Part shown: positions 27,050 to 37,691 of the stretch, one piece after another
Numbering within the stretch: the first letter of the stretch is position 1
Layout of the letters: every line of letters begins with the position of its first letter
Assembly (NCBI GenBank): GCA_902801825.1
Contig: CADCJS010000004.1
Location: 468-64,467, forward strand
DNA length: 64,000 nt
Reading direction: 5' to 3'
From: an uncultured Erysipelotrichaceae bacterium
GTDB taxonomy: Bacteria > Bacillota_I > Bacilli_A > RF39 > UBA660
Program-made: the position numbers and the translations under genes
The notes under the pieces: generated by a model
Told to the model about the DNA's origin: nothing
Databases searched by the model: none
The model's input: only the letters and a program-made list of their open reading frames with translations

Positions 27050-27090
27050 TTAGCACTCGTACTTGACAACTGCTAATAAAATGTTATAAT
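27050..27090 (+). promoter_or_regulatory. CIRCE-like operator overlapping the clpB promoter
   Basis: TTAGCACTC-N9-AACTGCTAA at 27050-27076. TTGACA at 27063-27068. TG-n-TATAAT at 27082-27090. Confidence 0.6.
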
Positions 27091-27113
27091 ATTTTTAGAT
27101 TGGGGTGATAAAT

Positions 27114-29219
27114 ATGTTTAATCAAGAAAATGAAAACGAAAATGTTTTAGAAAAATATGGTAGAGATATTACTTTATTTGCTAAAGAAGGTAAAATTGAT
27201 CCTGTAATAGGTAGAGATGAAGAAATAAGAAATATTACTAGAGTTTTATCTAGAAAAACTAAGAATAATCCTGTATTAATAGGTGAACCTGGAGTAGGTA
27301 AAACTGCAATTGTAGAAGGACTTGCTTTAAGAATTATTAGAGGTGATGTACCAGAAAGTTTAAAAAATAAAACTATTTGGGAATTAGATATGGCTTCATT
27401 AATTGCAGGTGCTAAATATAGAGGAGAATTTGAAGAAAGATTAAAAAAAGTATTAAATGAAGTATTAAAAAGTAATGGTGATATCATTATGTTCATTGAT
27501 GAAATTCATACTATAGTTTCCTCAGGAGAAGTTAGTGGAGGTATGGATACTTCAAACATATTAAAACCAATGCTTGCACGTGGTGAAATACATGTTATAG
27601 GTGCAACTACTTTAAATGAATATAGAATGTATATTGAAAAAGATGGAGCACTTGAAAGAAGATTTCAAAAAGTAATGGTTAAAGAACCAACTGTAGAAGA
27701 TACAATAACTATACTTAGAGGATTGAAAGAAAGATATGAAATATATCATGGTGTATCTATATCTGATAAAGCATTAGTTAATGCTGCTATATTAGCTAAT
27801 AGGTATATTACAGATAGATTTTTACCAGATAAAGCGATTGATTTAGTTGATGAAGCTTGTGCAACGATTAAAATGCAAATGGATTCTGTTCCAATTGAAT
27901 TAGATTCTTTAACAAGAAAAATAATGAAATTAGAAATTGAAGAACATGCAATTAAAAAAGAAAAAGATGAATTATCTAAAAAAAGAATAAATGAAATAAA
28001 AGAAGAATTAATAGTATTAAAAGAAAAAGAATCAAAACTAAAAGAATCTTGGAATAAAGAAAAAGAAACAAGTAAAAAAATAAAAGATTTAAAGAAAGAA
28101 TTAGAAGATGCTAGATTTAAGTTAGATCAAGCAGAAAGTTCTTATGATCTAGAGCAAGCTGCAATTTTAAGACATGGTAAAATCCCTGAATTAGAAAAAC
28201 AATTAAATGAATTAAAAACAAATACTAATTCTATGCTTAGTGATATAGTTACAGAAGATGACATTACAAAAGTTATTTCTAAATGGACTAATATTCCAGT
28301 AAGTAAACTATTAAGTAGTGAAAGAGAAAAACTAATAAATTTAGAAAAGAATATGGAAAAAAGAGTAAAAGGGCAAGAAGAAGCTTTAAAACTAGTTAGT
28401 GAAGCAATTATAAAGTCAAGAAGTGGTATTAAAGATCCAAATAGACCAATTGGTTCATTCTTATTCTTAGGTCCAACTGGAGTAGGTAAAACTGAAGTTG
28501 CTAAAACACTCGCATATGAACTATTTGATGATGAAAGACATATGGTAAGAATAGATGCAAGTGAGTATATGGAAAAATTCTCTGTTTCTAGATTAATTGG
28601 ATCCCCTCCAGGATATGTTGGATATGAAGAAGGTGGTGAATTAACTGAAAAAGTAAGAAGAAATCCTTATTCAATTGTATTATTTGATGAAATAGAAAAA
28701 GCACATCCAGAAGTTTTAAATATTTTACTTCAAATACTAGATGATGGAAGAATAACTGATTCAAATGGTAGATTAGTTGATTTTAAAAATACTATAATTA
28801 TAATGACTTCAAATGTTGGAAGTGTTGATATATTAGATGGAAAAACTGATGAAGTAAAGAATTATTTACATGAATATTTTAAACCAGAATTCTTAAATAG
28901 AATAGATGAAATTATTATGTTTAAACCATTAACTAAAGAAGTATTATATGAAATATTTGACAAATTAATTCTTGACTTAGAAAATAGATTAAAAGATAAA
29001 AATATTAAAATTAAATTTAGTAAAGAAGCAAAAGATAAATTGATAGAAAATGGATTTGATCAAAAATATGGTGCAAGACCATTAAAAAGATATATTAGTA
29101 AAACTATAGAAGTCAATATTTCTAAATTAATTATTGAAGATAAAATTGATTATAATGATGAAATATATGTAGATTATAAAGATAATGATTTTACATATAA
29201 TATAGAAAAAAAGATGTAA
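27114..29219 (+). CDS. clpB: ClpB-type AAA+ disaggregase lacking the N-terminal domain (701 aa)
   Basis: Two AAA modules (GEPGVGKTA and GPTGVGKTE) with a long coiled-coil middle domain between them. The protein starts directly before the [10 protein letters not shown] segment. Confidence 0.85.
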   Translation: MFNQENENENVLEKYGRDITLFAKEGKIDPVIGRDEEIRNITRVLSRKTKNNPVLIGEPGVGKTAIVEGLALRIIRGDVPESLKNKTIWELDMASLIAGAKYRGEFEERLKKVLNEVLKSNGDIIMFIDEIHTIVSSGEVSGGMDTSNILKPMLARGEIHVIGATTLNEYRMYIEKDGALERRFQKVMVKEPTVEDTITILRGLKERYEIYHGVSISDKALVNAAILANRYITDRFLPDKAIDLVDEACATIKMQMDSVPIELDSLTRKIMKLEIEEHAIKKEKDELSKKRINEIKEELIVLKEKESKLKESWNKEKETSKKIKDLKKELEDARFKLDQAESSYDLEQAAILRHGKIPELEKQLNELKTNTNSMLSDIVTEDDITKVISKWTNIPVSKLLSSEREKLINLEKNMEKRVKGQEEALKLVSEAIIKSRSGIKDPNRPIGSFLFLGPTGVGKTEVAKTLAYELFDDERHMVRIDASEYMEKFSVSRLIGSPPGYVGYEEGGELTEKVRRNPYSIVLFDEIEKAHPEVLNILLQILDDGRITDSNGRLVDFKNTIIIMTSNVGSVDILDGKTDEVKNYLHEYFKPEFLNRIDEIIMFKPLTKEVLYEIFDKLILDLENRLKDKNIKIKFSKEAKDKLIENGFDQKYGARPLKRYISKTIEVNISKLIIEDKIDYNDEIYVDYKDNDFTYNIEKKM

Positions 29220-29245
29220 ATTTACAATTAACATCTTTTTTTTTA
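29211..29245 (+). terminator. Intrinsic terminator
   Basis: AAGATGT / ACATCTT stem followed by a long T-run. Confidence 0.6.
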
Positions 29246-29279
29246 TTAATATTGTTATATAATATATATGGTGATGATA

Positions 29280-29969
29280 ATGAACTTATTCTTAGTTTTT
29301 ATATTTATATTTTTTATAGGAAGTACTCTAGGATGGGTTATTGAATTAATATATAGAAGAATAGCCCATAAAAAGTGGGTTAATCCAGGATTTTTAGTAG
29401 GTCCATATTTACCTATTTATGGATTTGGATTAGTAGCAGTTACTTATATACATTTATTATTTTATGGACTTAATTTACCACCAGTTCTTGCTATTTTATT
29501 AATGGGAGTAACAATGACTATTATAGAATTAGTAGGAGGTTTAATTTCATTATATAATAATGTTAGATTATGGGATTATAGTGATAGATGGTTAAACTAT
29601 AAAGGTATTATTTGTCCATTATTCTCAGTTGTTTGGACTATAGTTGGTGCAATATACTATTACTTTTTAGCATCACCTGTATTATATATGCTAAACTGGT
29701 TCAGTAAGAACTTATCTTTTTCATTTGTTCTTGGATTATTCACAGGAGTATTAATAATTGACTTTATTTATTCAACAAATTTATATATTAAAATAAATAA
29801 ATTTGCAAAAGAAAATGAAATATTAATTAAATATGAAAAATTAAAAATGCAAATAAAAGAAGCACAAGAACAAGCAAAAGAAAAATATTCTTTCTTAACT
29901 CCTTTTAGACAAACTAAAAGTTTAAGGGATTATATAATGGAATATATTGAAAATAACAAGAGGAAATAA
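29280..29969 (+). CDS. Membrane protein, putative ABC-transporter type IV (CmpB-like) family
   Basis: LGWVIELIYRR ... VGPYLPIYGFG. Paralog of 19931-20485. Confidence 0.5.
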   Translation: MNLFLVFIFIFFIGSTLGWVIELIYRRIAHKKWVNPGFLVGPYLPIYGFGLVAVTYIHLLFYGLNLPPVLAILLMGVTMTIIELVGGLISLYNNVRLWDYSDRWLNYKGIICPLFSVVWTIVGAIYYYFLASPVLYMLNWFSKNLSFSFVLGLFTGVLIIDFIYSTNLYIKINKFAKENEILIKYEKLKMQIKEAQEQAKEKYSFLTPFRQTKSLRDYIMEYIENNKRK

Positions 29970-29971
29970 TT

Positions 29972-31048
29972 ATGAATATAAATGATTATATATATTATTA
30001 TGGAGAATATACATTTAAAGAAAAACCATTTAATGAAATAGATAATGTTATTTTTTCATTGATCTCTTATGTTGATTTTAATGGAATATTATCAAAGAAT
30101 AAACAAAACAAATTAACTTTAGAAAATGCTTCAAATATATATTTTTTAACACATTCTAAAAAGATGAATGATATAAATATACTTGCTATTAGAAAAGGTA
30201 TAGAAGTATTAAAAAATGCATGTAAATCAAAAAGATTTAAAGATGTACTTATGTATAACTATTGTTATATTGGAAATGAATCAAGTCAATTTTCAGCATT
30301 AACATTTGAATTTTTAAAAAACTATTGTTATGTAGCTTTTGAAGGTACTGATCAATTAATAAGTGGTTGGAAAGAAGATATGATGATGTCATGTACTTTT
30401 CCAGTAGATGCCCATAAATACGCTATAAAATATTTAAACAAATTCTTTAATTATTCGTCAAAAAAACTTATTGTTGGTGGTCACTCAAAAGGAGGCAATC
30501 TTGCAGAAGTTTCTAGTATGTATTGCAAGAATAATATAAAAAAAAGAATAATAAATATTTATAGTAATGATGGTCAAGGACTTAGAAAAAAAGAATTATT
30601 ATCTAAACAATATAAAAGTATAGAAAATAGATTTATACATATAATTCCAAGTAATAGTGTTGTTGGATTATTACTAAGGCATTCTGGTAATTATTTAGTT
30701 ATTAAAACAAATGCAAAAGGATTATTATCACATGATGCAACTACTTGGGAAGTTAATTATGATAAATTTACAAAAGATAAACTAACTAAGTTTTCTAAGG
30801 TATTAGATGAAGGAGTTATTAGATGGTTAGATAAATATGATGATAAGCAAAGAGAAATATTTATAGATTGTTTATTTGAAGTGCTAGAAAAAAATAATAT
30901 AAAAACATTAATAGATATTAAAAAGAATAAAAATCTTATTTTTAAAATAATGAAATCATCAAAAGATTTAAACCCAATTGTTAAAGAAATGTTTATAGAA
31001 TTATTAAAAGTTATAAATGAAACTAATAAAGAGTATTATTTGTTTTAA
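29972..31048 (+). CDS. DUF2974 / Mbeg1-like alpha/beta hydrolase (lipase class 3-like)
   Basis: GGHSKGGNLA nucleophile elbow. Confidence 0.55.
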   Translation: MNINDYIYYYGEYTFKEKPFNEIDNVIFSLISYVDFNGILSKNKQNKLTLENASNIYFLTHSKKMNDINILAIRKGIEVLKNACKSKRFKDVLMYNYCYIGNESSQFSALTFEFLKNYCYVAFEGTDQLISGWKEDMMMSCTFPVDAHKYAIKYLNKFFNYSSKKLIVGGHSKGGNLAEVSSMYCKNNIKKRIINIYSNDGQGLRKKELLSKQYKSIENRFIHIIPSNSVVGLLLRHSGNYLVIKTNAKGLLSHDATTWEVNYDKFTKDKLTKFSKVLDEGVIRWLDKYDDKQREIFIDCLFEVLEKNNIKTLIDIKKNKNLIFKIMKSSKDLNPIVKEMFIELLKVINETNKEYYLF

Positions 31049-31094
31049 TTGACTTTTATTAATAATTTAAATATAATTTTTATAGGAGGATGTT

Positions 31095-31640
31095 ATGAAT
31101 AATAAATATGAAGGAACAAAAACATTAGAAAATTTAAAAGCTGCTTTTGCTGGAGAAAGTCAAGCTAGAAATAAATATACTTATTTTGCTAGTAAAGCAA
31201 AAAAAGATGGTTCTCAGCAAATAGCAGCTATATTTGAAGAAACTGCTCAAAATGAAAAAGAACATGCAAAAATGTGGTATAAAGAACTTCATGGTGGTGA
31301 AATATTAAGTACTACTGAAAATCTAAAAGAAGCTATTGAAGGCGAAAATTATGAATGGACAAATATGTATGAAGAATTTGCCAAAACAGCTGAAGAAGAA
31401 GGATTTCCTGAGTTAGCATATAAATTTAGAGCAGTAGGTCAAATTGAAAAACATCATGAAGAAAGATTTAAAAAATTATTAAATAATATTGAAGATAAAT
31501 TAGTATTTACTAAAGATGAAGATGCTATTTGGATTTGTAGGAACTGTGGACATGTAGTTGTAGGTAAATCTGCACCAGAAGTATGTCCAGTATGTAATCA
31601 TCCACAATCATATTTCGAATTAAAAAAAGAAAATTATTAA
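31095..31640 (+). CDS. rbr: Rubrerythrin
   Basis: Ferritin-like EKEH / EKHHE helices plus a C-terminal CRNCG ... CPVCNHP rubredoxin-like domain. Confidence 0.9.
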   Translation: MNNKYEGTKTLENLKAAFAGESQARNKYTYFASKAKKDGSQQIAAIFEETAQNEKEHAKMWYKELHGGEILSTTENLKEAIEGENYEWTNMYEEFAKTAEEEGFPELAYKFRAVGQIEKHHEERFKKLLNNIEDKLVFTKDEDAIWICRNCGHVVVGKSAPEVCPVCNHPQSYFELKKENY

Positions 31641-31662
31641 TATAATTTTTTTTACTCATTTA

Positions 31663-31704
31663 TTAGCACTCATACTTGACAACTGCTAAATAAAGTATTA
31701 AAAT
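31663..31704 (+). promoter_or_regulatory. CIRCE-like operator overlapping the htpG promoter
   Basis: TTAGCACTC-N9-AACTGCTAA at 31663-31689. TTGACA at 31676-31681, a 17-nt spacer, then TAAAAT at 31699-31704. Confidence 0.6.
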
Positions 31705-31719
31705 TATTTTTAGGAGGTA

Positions 31720-33531
31720 ATGATGAAAAAACAATTTAAAAGTGAATCAAAAAAATTATTAGATTTAATGATTAATTCAATATATACGAATAAAGAAATA
31801 TTTTTAAGAGAACTAATATCTAACTCAAGTGATGCGCTTGATAAACTATATTATAATTCTTTAACAAATCAAGATATAAAAATAAAAAAAGCAGATTTAA
31901 AGATTAATATAGAAATAAATGATAAAAATAAAATATTAATAATTGAAGATAATGGTATCGGTATGGACAAAACAGAATTAGAGAATAACTTAGGTACCAT
32001 TGCTAAAAGTGGATCACTAGCTTTTAAAAATGAAAATAAAGATAAAAAAATTGATATAATAGGTCAATTTGGTGTTGGTTTTTATTCTGCATTTATGGTA
32101 AGTAAAAAAATAACTGTAGAAAGTAAAAAAGTGAATTCTGATAAATCTTATATTTGGTCTTCTGAAGGTGTAGATGGATATACAATCAAAGAATCAGATA
32201 AAAAAGAAAACGGTACTAAGATAAGTTTATTTTTAAAAGATGATACTGAAGACTATAAATATAGTGATTTTATTGATTTAAATAAAATAAAAGAATTAGT
32301 TAAAAAGTATTCTGATTATATTAGATATCCTATAGTTATGAATAAAGAAACTCTAAATTCTATGACACCAATATGGAAAAAATCTAAAGTATCTGATGAA
32401 GAATATAATGAATATTATACTAATAAATATTATGATTATGAAAAGCCTTTAAAAGTAATTAAAACAAGTGCTGAAGGATTATGTAGTTATAAATCATTAT
32501 TATTTATTCCAAGTCATGCACCTTTTGATTATTACACTAAAGATTATGAAAAAGGATTAAGTTTATATTCTAGTGGAGTATTAATAATGGATAAATGTAA
32601 AGATTTATTACCAGATTATTTAAGTTTTGTAAAAGGTGTAGTAGATACTGAAGATATATCTTTAAATATTAGTAGAGAAATGCTTCAACAAGATAAAACA
32701 TTAAAATTAATAGAAAAGAATATAGATAATAAAGTAAGAAAAGAATTATTATCAATGCTTCAAAATAATAAAGAAGAATATATTAAATTCTTTAAAGCAT
32801 TTGGTCCTCAAATTAAATTTGGTATATATAATAACTTTGGTATTGATAAAGATAAATTAAAGGATTTACTTATATTTTATTCTTCTAAAGCAAAAGATTA
32901 TATATCTTTAAAAGAATATATTGATAATATAGATGAAAAACAAGATAAAATATATTATTGTTCAGGAGAAAGTATTGAAAAAATAGATTCTTTACCACTA
33001 GTTGAAAGAGTCAAAGAAAAAGGATATGATATATTATATCTGATTGATATGGTAGATGAATTTGCTATTAATGCTTTAAATTCATATGAAAATAAACAAT
33101 TTCAAAATATAACTGATAGTAATTTAGATTTAGATAGTGAAGAAGAAAAGAAAAAGAATAATAAAATAAATGAAGATAATAAAGAATTATTAAATAGTAT
33201 GAAAGAAATACTTAATATTGATGAAGTTAAATTTACTAATAAGTTAAAGAATCATCCTGTATGTATAACAAGTAAAGGAAATGTTTCTATAGAAATGGAA
33301 AAAGTACTTAATGCTATGCCAACTGAAGAAAAAATACAAGCACAAATAGTACTTGAAATTAATGAAAATCATCCTATTAAGAATAAACTAGAAGAATTGT
33401 TTAATAATAATAAAGAAGAGTTTAATAAATACTCTAAGATTTTATATAGCGAAGCTAGATTAATTGAAGGATTACCTATAGATAATCCAACAGAAATAAG
33501 TAATTTAATATGTGACATTATTTCAAAATAG
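31720..33531 (+). CDS. htpG: Molecular chaperone HtpG (Hsp90)
   Basis: EIFLRELISNSSDALDKL and GQFGVGFYSAFMV. Confidence 0.95.
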   Translation: MMKKQFKSESKKLLDLMINSIYTNKEIFLRELISNSSDALDKLYYNSLTNQDIKIKKADLKINIEINDKNKILIIEDNGIGMDKTELENNLGTIAKSGSLAFKNENKDKKIDIIGQFGVGFYSAFMVSKKITVESKKVNSDKSYIWSSEGVDGYTIKESDKKENGTKISLFLKDDTEDYKYSDFIDLNKIKELVKKYSDYIRYPIVMNKETLNSMTPIWKKSKVSDEEYNEYYTNKYYDYEKPLKVIKTSAEGLCSYKSLLFIPSHAPFDYYTKDYEKGLSLYSSGVLIMDKCKDLLPDYLSFVKGVVDTEDISLNISREMLQQDKTLKLIEKNIDNKVRKELLSMLQNNKEEYIKFFKAFGPQIKFGIYNNFGIDKDKLKDLLIFYSSKAKDYISLKEYIDNIDEKQDKIYYCSGESIEKIDSLPLVERVKEKGYDILYLIDMVDEFAINALNSYENKQFQNITDSNLDLDSEEEKKKNNKINEDNKELLNSMKEILNIDEVKFTNKLKNHPVCITSKGNVSIEMEKVLNAMPTEEKIQAQIVLEINENHPIKNKLEELFNNNKEEFNKYSKILYSEARLIEGLPIDNPTEISNLICDIISK

Positions 33532-33546
33532 AAAGGAGAGAAAATT

Positions 33547-33924
33547 ATGTTACCAAATAAAATATTTTTCGATGAATTATTCGATTTAAAAACTGATGAA
33601 AGAAATATGAAATGTGATATTTATGAAGAAGAAGGAAATTATATTATAGAGGCATCTCTTCCAGGATTTAATAAAGAAGATGTCAAAATAGAATATAATG
33701 AAGGAAAAATAATAATAAGTGCTGAAAAAGAAAAAGATGAAGTATCAAAAGATAAAAGATATATAAGAAAAGAAACACATATTTCTAATAAATATGAAAG
33801 AAGCTTTTATTTAGGTGATCTTGATGAAAGTAATATAAATGCTAAATTCAAAAATGGTATATTAAAAATTACTGCACCTAAATTAACAAAAGAAAATAAT
33901 AAAAAATATATAGATATAGATTAA
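33547..33924 (+). CDS. Hsp20 / alpha-crystallin small heat-shock protein
   Basis: Alpha-crystallin pattern: DIYEEEGNYIIEASLPGFNKEDVKI ... FKNGILKITAPK. Confidence 0.85.
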   Translation: MLPNKIFFDELFDLKTDERNMKCDIYEEEGNYIIEASLPGFNKEDVKIEYNEGKIIISAEKEKDEVSKDKRYIRKETHISNKYERSFYLGDLDESNINAKFKNGILKITAPKLTKENNKKYIDID

Positions 33925-33946
33925 TTATTTTTAATTAATCTTTTTT
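33918..33946 (+). terminator. AT-rich intrinsic terminator
   Basis: AGATTAATTA / TAATTAATCT stem followed by a T-run. Confidence 0.5.
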
Positions 33947-33969
33947 CATATAATATTCTAGGTGGTATT

Positions 33970-34233
33970 ATGAAGGAGATTAGTATTAAATCATTAAAAT
34001 ATAATGATAATATCATAGATATTAGAGATAATTATTCATATAAATTAGGACACGTTAAAAATGCTATTAATATACCAATGAATGAACTATTAAATAATAT
34101 GTATTTATTAGATAAAAATAAAACATATTATATTTATTGTCAAAGTGGAATTAGAAGTTTAAAATGTACTAAAATATTAAATCAATTTGGATATAATGTA
34201 GTTAACGTTTATGATGGATATAATAATTATTAA
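33970..34233 (+). CDS. Rhodanese-like domain protein
   Basis: Active-site loop CQSGIRS. Confidence 0.8.
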   Translation: MKEISIKSLKYNDNIIDIRDNYSYKLGHVKNAINIPMNELLNNMYLLDKNKTYYIYCQSGIRSLKCTKILNQFGYNVVNVYDGYNNY

Positions 34234-34239
34234 AAAAAG

Positions 34240-34271
34240 ATAAGTTATTTTTGAATAACTTATTTTTTTTT
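34240..34271 (+). terminator. Intrinsic terminator
   Basis: ATAAGTTATT / AATAACTTAT stem followed by a T-run. Confidence 0.75.
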
Positions 34272-34307
34272 ACAAAAAATATTATATAATATAGAAGGAG
34301 GATTAAT

Positions 34308-34880
34308 ATGGAACATATTATTGCTAGTATAGTAAAAGAAATAAGTGACTTTATGAAAGACTTTGGTTTAATCACAGGTTTTTTATTAGTAGTATTAGAA
34401 TCATTAATTCCTATGCTTCCATTATCCGCATTTGTAATGTTGAATGTAATAAGTTATGGAAAAATATTAGGTATTATTGTTTCATGGATTGGTACTGTAA
34501 TAGGAAGTATATTAGCATTTTCTATAGTACGTAAATTTAAAGGCTATTATTTAAGAAAAACAAATAAAGAAATAATAAGGTTTTCTAAACGTCTAAACAA
34601 TATTTCTATTCCAAGTATCGCAATAATATTTTCAATTCCATTTGCTCCATCCTTTGCTATTAACATAGGCGCAGGATTATCAAATATTAGCAAAAATAAA
34701 TACATTATATCATTAATAATAGGAAAATTACCAATGATAGTATTCTGGGCTTTAATAGGAAAGAATGTAATAGAAAGTATAAAAGAACCTATAATACTTG
34801 TTAAAATATTTATTATGATTCTTTTAACTTATATAGTAAGTAAAATATTAAATAAAGTATTAAAATTGGAGGAACTATGA
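34308..34880 (+). CDS. TVP38/TMEM64 (DedA-related) membrane protein
   Basis: Polytopic protein with VLESLIPMLPLS and a GSILAFSIVRKF pattern. Confidence 0.55.
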   Translation: MEHIIASIVKEISDFMKDFGLITGFLLVVLESLIPMLPLSAFVMLNVISYGKILGIIVSWIGTVIGSILAFSIVRKFKGYYLRKTNKEIIRFSKRLNNISIPSIAIIFSIPFAPSFAINIGAGLSNISKNKYIISLIIGKLPMIVFWALIGKNVIESIKEPIILVKIFIMILLTYIVSKILNKVLKLEEL

Positions 34881-35944
34881 ATTACATAATTATAGGAATA
34901 TTAGTATTAATAGTAGTACTTGTAACAATATCATTATTTAAAAATATTAATGAAGGACACATTACAGAAAGATTAGGTAACCTAGAAACAAAAGTCACAA
35001 GAGAACTTGGTGATTTTAAAAGTGATATTAATAGAAATCTATCCGAAGACTTTATCAAAATGAATGAAAGAATAGAAAATAGGTTAAATATTATTAATGA
35101 TAAAGTAAATGAAAGACTAGATGTGAATTTTGAAAAAACCAATAAAACATTTAATAACGTATTAGAAAGACTTGGTAAAATAGATGAAGCTCAAAAGAAA
35201 ATAGATAGTCTATCTAGTGATATTGTATCTTTACAAGGTATTCTTACAGATAAGAAGAGTAGAGGTATTTATGGAGAAGTTAATCTAAAACATATATTAG
35301 CTAGTGTCTTTGGTGAAAATAATGAAAAAATATATAAACTACAATACTCATTTAATAATAATACAATCGCAGATGCAGTATTATTCGCACCAGAACCATT
35401 AGGATTAATCGCAATAGATTCAAAATTCCCATTAGAAAACTATAGAATAATGGTTGATAAAAAATATGATAAATTATCTAGAGAAGCTGCTGAAAAATTA
35501 TTTAAAAATGATGTAAAAAAACATATAGATGCAATTAGTTCTAAATATATTATTCATGGAGTAACATCAGATCAAGCTATTATGTTTTTACCGGCAGAAG
35601 CTATATTCGCAGAATTAAATGCTTATCATAATGAAATTATAGAGTATGCCTATAAAAAAAGAGTTTGGATAACATCTCCAACAACTCTAATGAGTACTCT
35701 AACTACTATTCAAGTAATAATTAAAAATAAAGAAAGAGATAAATATGCTAAAGTAATACAAGATGAATTAAAAAGATTATCAATAGAATTTGGTAGATAT
35801 AGAGATAGATGGGATAAACTATCTAGAAGTATTGAAACAGTAAGTAAAGATGTTGAAGACATACATACAACTACTAATAAAATAACAAAAAGATTTGATA
35901 GTATAAACAGTGTTGATATAGAAAAATTAGAAAAGAAGGATTAA
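34877..35944 (+). CDS. rmuC: DNA recombination protein RmuC
   Basis: N-terminal TM helix, a coiled coil, and an RmuC-like core (GEVNLKHIL ... IAIDSKFPLE ... MFLPAEAIF). Confidence 0.8.
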   Translation: MNYIIIGILVLIVVLVTISLFKNINEGHITERLGNLETKVTRELGDFKSDINRNLSEDFIKMNERIENRLNIINDKVNERLDVNFEKTNKTFNNVLERLGKIDEAQKKIDSLSSDIVSLQGILTDKKSRGIYGEVNLKHILASVFGENNEKIYKLQYSFNNNTIADAVLFAPEPLGLIAIDSKFPLENYRIMVDKKYDKLSREAAEKLFKNDVKKHIDAISSKYIIHGVTSDQAIMFLPAEAIFAELNAYHNEIIEYAYKKRVWITSPTTLMSTLTTIQVIIKNKERDKYAKVIQDELKRLSIEFGRYRDRWDKLSRSIETVSKDVEDIHTTTNKITKRFDSINSVDIEKLEKKD

Positions 35945-35959
35945 TTTAGTCCTTCTTTT
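35932..35959. terminator. Bidirectional terminator between rmuC and uppP
   Basis: AAAGAAGGA / TCCTTCTTT stem between convergent genes. Confidence 0.55.
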
Positions 35960-36758
35960 AAAATAGTATAAATATTAATAATCCTAATATAAATGTATAT
36001 ATTGAAAAATATATTAACTTTCCTTTTTTCATTAAATTAATAAATAATTTAGCTGAATAATAAGTAACAATAGTAGATGCTATTAAACTTAATGAATAAG
36101 GAACTAATAAAGAATTAAGATTACTACTTTCAAGTAAATCTTTAATACCTAATATCATACTTGCAATACTTACAGGTATATATAACATAAATGAATAATC
36201 TAATGCAGTATCTCTTTTAAAATCTCCAAGCATACATCCAGTAATTGTCGCACCACTTCTACTTATACCTGGAAGTAATGCAACTGCTTGAAATAAACCA
36301 ACCTTAATTGAATCAATAATTGTAATATCTTTTTTTTCTTTTTTACCTTTAATATCTTTTATTAAGAATAAAAATAAAGAAGTAACTAAGAATGAAATAC
36401 CCATCATCTTTGTTGTATATTGTTTTTCAATTAAATCTTTTAATACTATACCAAAAATTGCAACTGGTATAGTACCAATAACAATCTTAAAAGCATAATC
36501 ATAATTTAATTTATAATCTTTATCTTTTGTTTTAATATAACCAAAGAAATCCTTTACTATTTTAAATATTTCTTTTCTATATAAAAACATAATTGCAATT
36601 AATGAACCAAAATTAACTATTATTTCAAAATTTAAATCACTTAATACGGAATCATTTAATATAGACTTAATAATTCTTAAATGACCACTAGATGAAATAG
36701 GAAGTGGTTCAGTAAACCCCTGTATAATTCCTAATAAAATATACTTTAATATAATCAT
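35958..36758 (-). CDS. uppP: Undecaprenyl-diphosphate phosphatase
   Basis: LPISSSGHL and PGISRSGATI motifs in a polytopic protein. Confidence 0.9.
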   Translation of the reverse strand: MIILKYILLGIIQGFTEPLPISSSGHLRIIKSILNDSVLSDLNFEIIVNFGSLIAIMFLYRKEIFKIVKDFFGYIKTKDKDYKLNYDYAFKIVIGTIPVAIFGIVLKDLIEKQYTTKMMGISFLVTSLFLFLIKDIKGKKEKKDITIIDSIKVGLFQAVALLPGISRSGATITGCMLGDFKRDTALDYSFMLYIPVSIASMILGIKDLLESSNLNSLLVPYSLSLIASTIVTYYSAKLFINLMKKGKLIYFSIYTFILGLLIFILF

Positions 36759-36825
36759 AAATTCATCTCCTTAATAATATTATATAATAAATAATAAAAT
36801 TAATAAATGAATTATAGGAGAAAAA

Positions 36826-37041
36826 ATGTTTAAAACTTTTTTATTTCTATTTGGCTTTGGATTAACTATAATTAGTTTATCTTATATAATAATGTATTTA
36901 AATCTTTTAACTTTAGGGTATAATTTTTTAGAATATGTAAACTTTATTAGTAGAAGATTTGAATGTATGAATTTTTTTATTGGTACTTTATTAATGTTAA
37001 TTATATACTTTTTAGGAGGAAAATATGAATTATATTTATGA
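36826..37041 (+). CDS. Small membrane protein (71 aa), unknown function
   Basis: Two or three hydrophobic helices and a GGAG RBS. Confidence 0.45.
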   Translation: MFKTFLFLFGFGLTIISLSYIIMYLNLLTLGYNFLEYVNFISRRFECMNFFIGTLLMLIIYFLGGKYELYL

Positions 37042-37660
37042 TATAAGTATAAACTATAATAAAGAATTAATAGATTTTTATGAATGGAATAAAGAAGATA
37101 ATATAATATTTGTATTAAAAATACCTGTTTTTAAAATAGATAAAAAATTATTCTATGATATTTACTATAATGATATTACTGTGGAAAAAAACTTTTTAAA
37201 TCATATATTAAATAAAACTGATATATATTCTCCAAATATGATTAAAAAAGAAAAATATTCTTGTATATTTACTGATGGAGATAATGTGATATGTATTAAA
37301 TTTTCTAACATAGGAAAAAATATTTTAAAAAGTACATTAAGTATTGAAGAAAGTGAAGAAGTATTAGAATTCTCTAAACTAATAAAAACAACAATTATTA
37401 ATTATAAAATTAATAGGATAAATAAAATAAAACATAACTTTTACACAAGAAAACAACGAAATAATTTAAGTATTTCTAAAAAATTTATAAATAAGATTTA
37501 TATAAATAAAAAATATAATGAACTAAGGTATATATATTATGAAATATTTAATAATTATGAAAATAATATAAACATTATAATATCAAAAATTAATAATTAC
37601 TTATTAAAAGAACCTAAAATTCTTATGAATATTATTAATAATAATTGTATAAAAAAATAA
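37025..37660 (+). CDS. Hypothetical protein (211 aa)
   Basis: ORF overlapping the upstream gene. GGAGG RBS. No motif recognised. Confidence 0.5.
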   Translation: MNYIYDISINYNKELIDFYEWNKEDNIIFVLKIPVFKIDKKLFYDIYYNDITVEKNFLNHILNKTDIYSPNMIKKEKYSCIFTDGDNVICIKFSNIGKNILKSTLSIEESEEVLEFSKLIKTTIINYKINRINKIKHNFYTRKQRNNLSISKKFINKIYINKKYNELRYIYYEIFNNYENNINIIISKINNYLLKEPKILMNIINNNCIKK

Positions 37661-37691
37661 TTTTTGTTAATTATAGTAATAAGGAGGCAAT

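Noticed and set aside
27050-27076. CtsR operator as an alternative reading of the heat-shock operator
   Set aside because: On the reverse strand only a single partial GTCAAG is present, with no tandem GGTCAAA heptads. The left arm is an exact CIRCE half-site.
31990-32001. Partial (11-12 nt) match to the island repeat, TTAGGTACCATT, inside htpG
   Set aside because: It is short, lies in conserved coding sequence, and does not extend to the second GGTACC unit. It is most likely chance.
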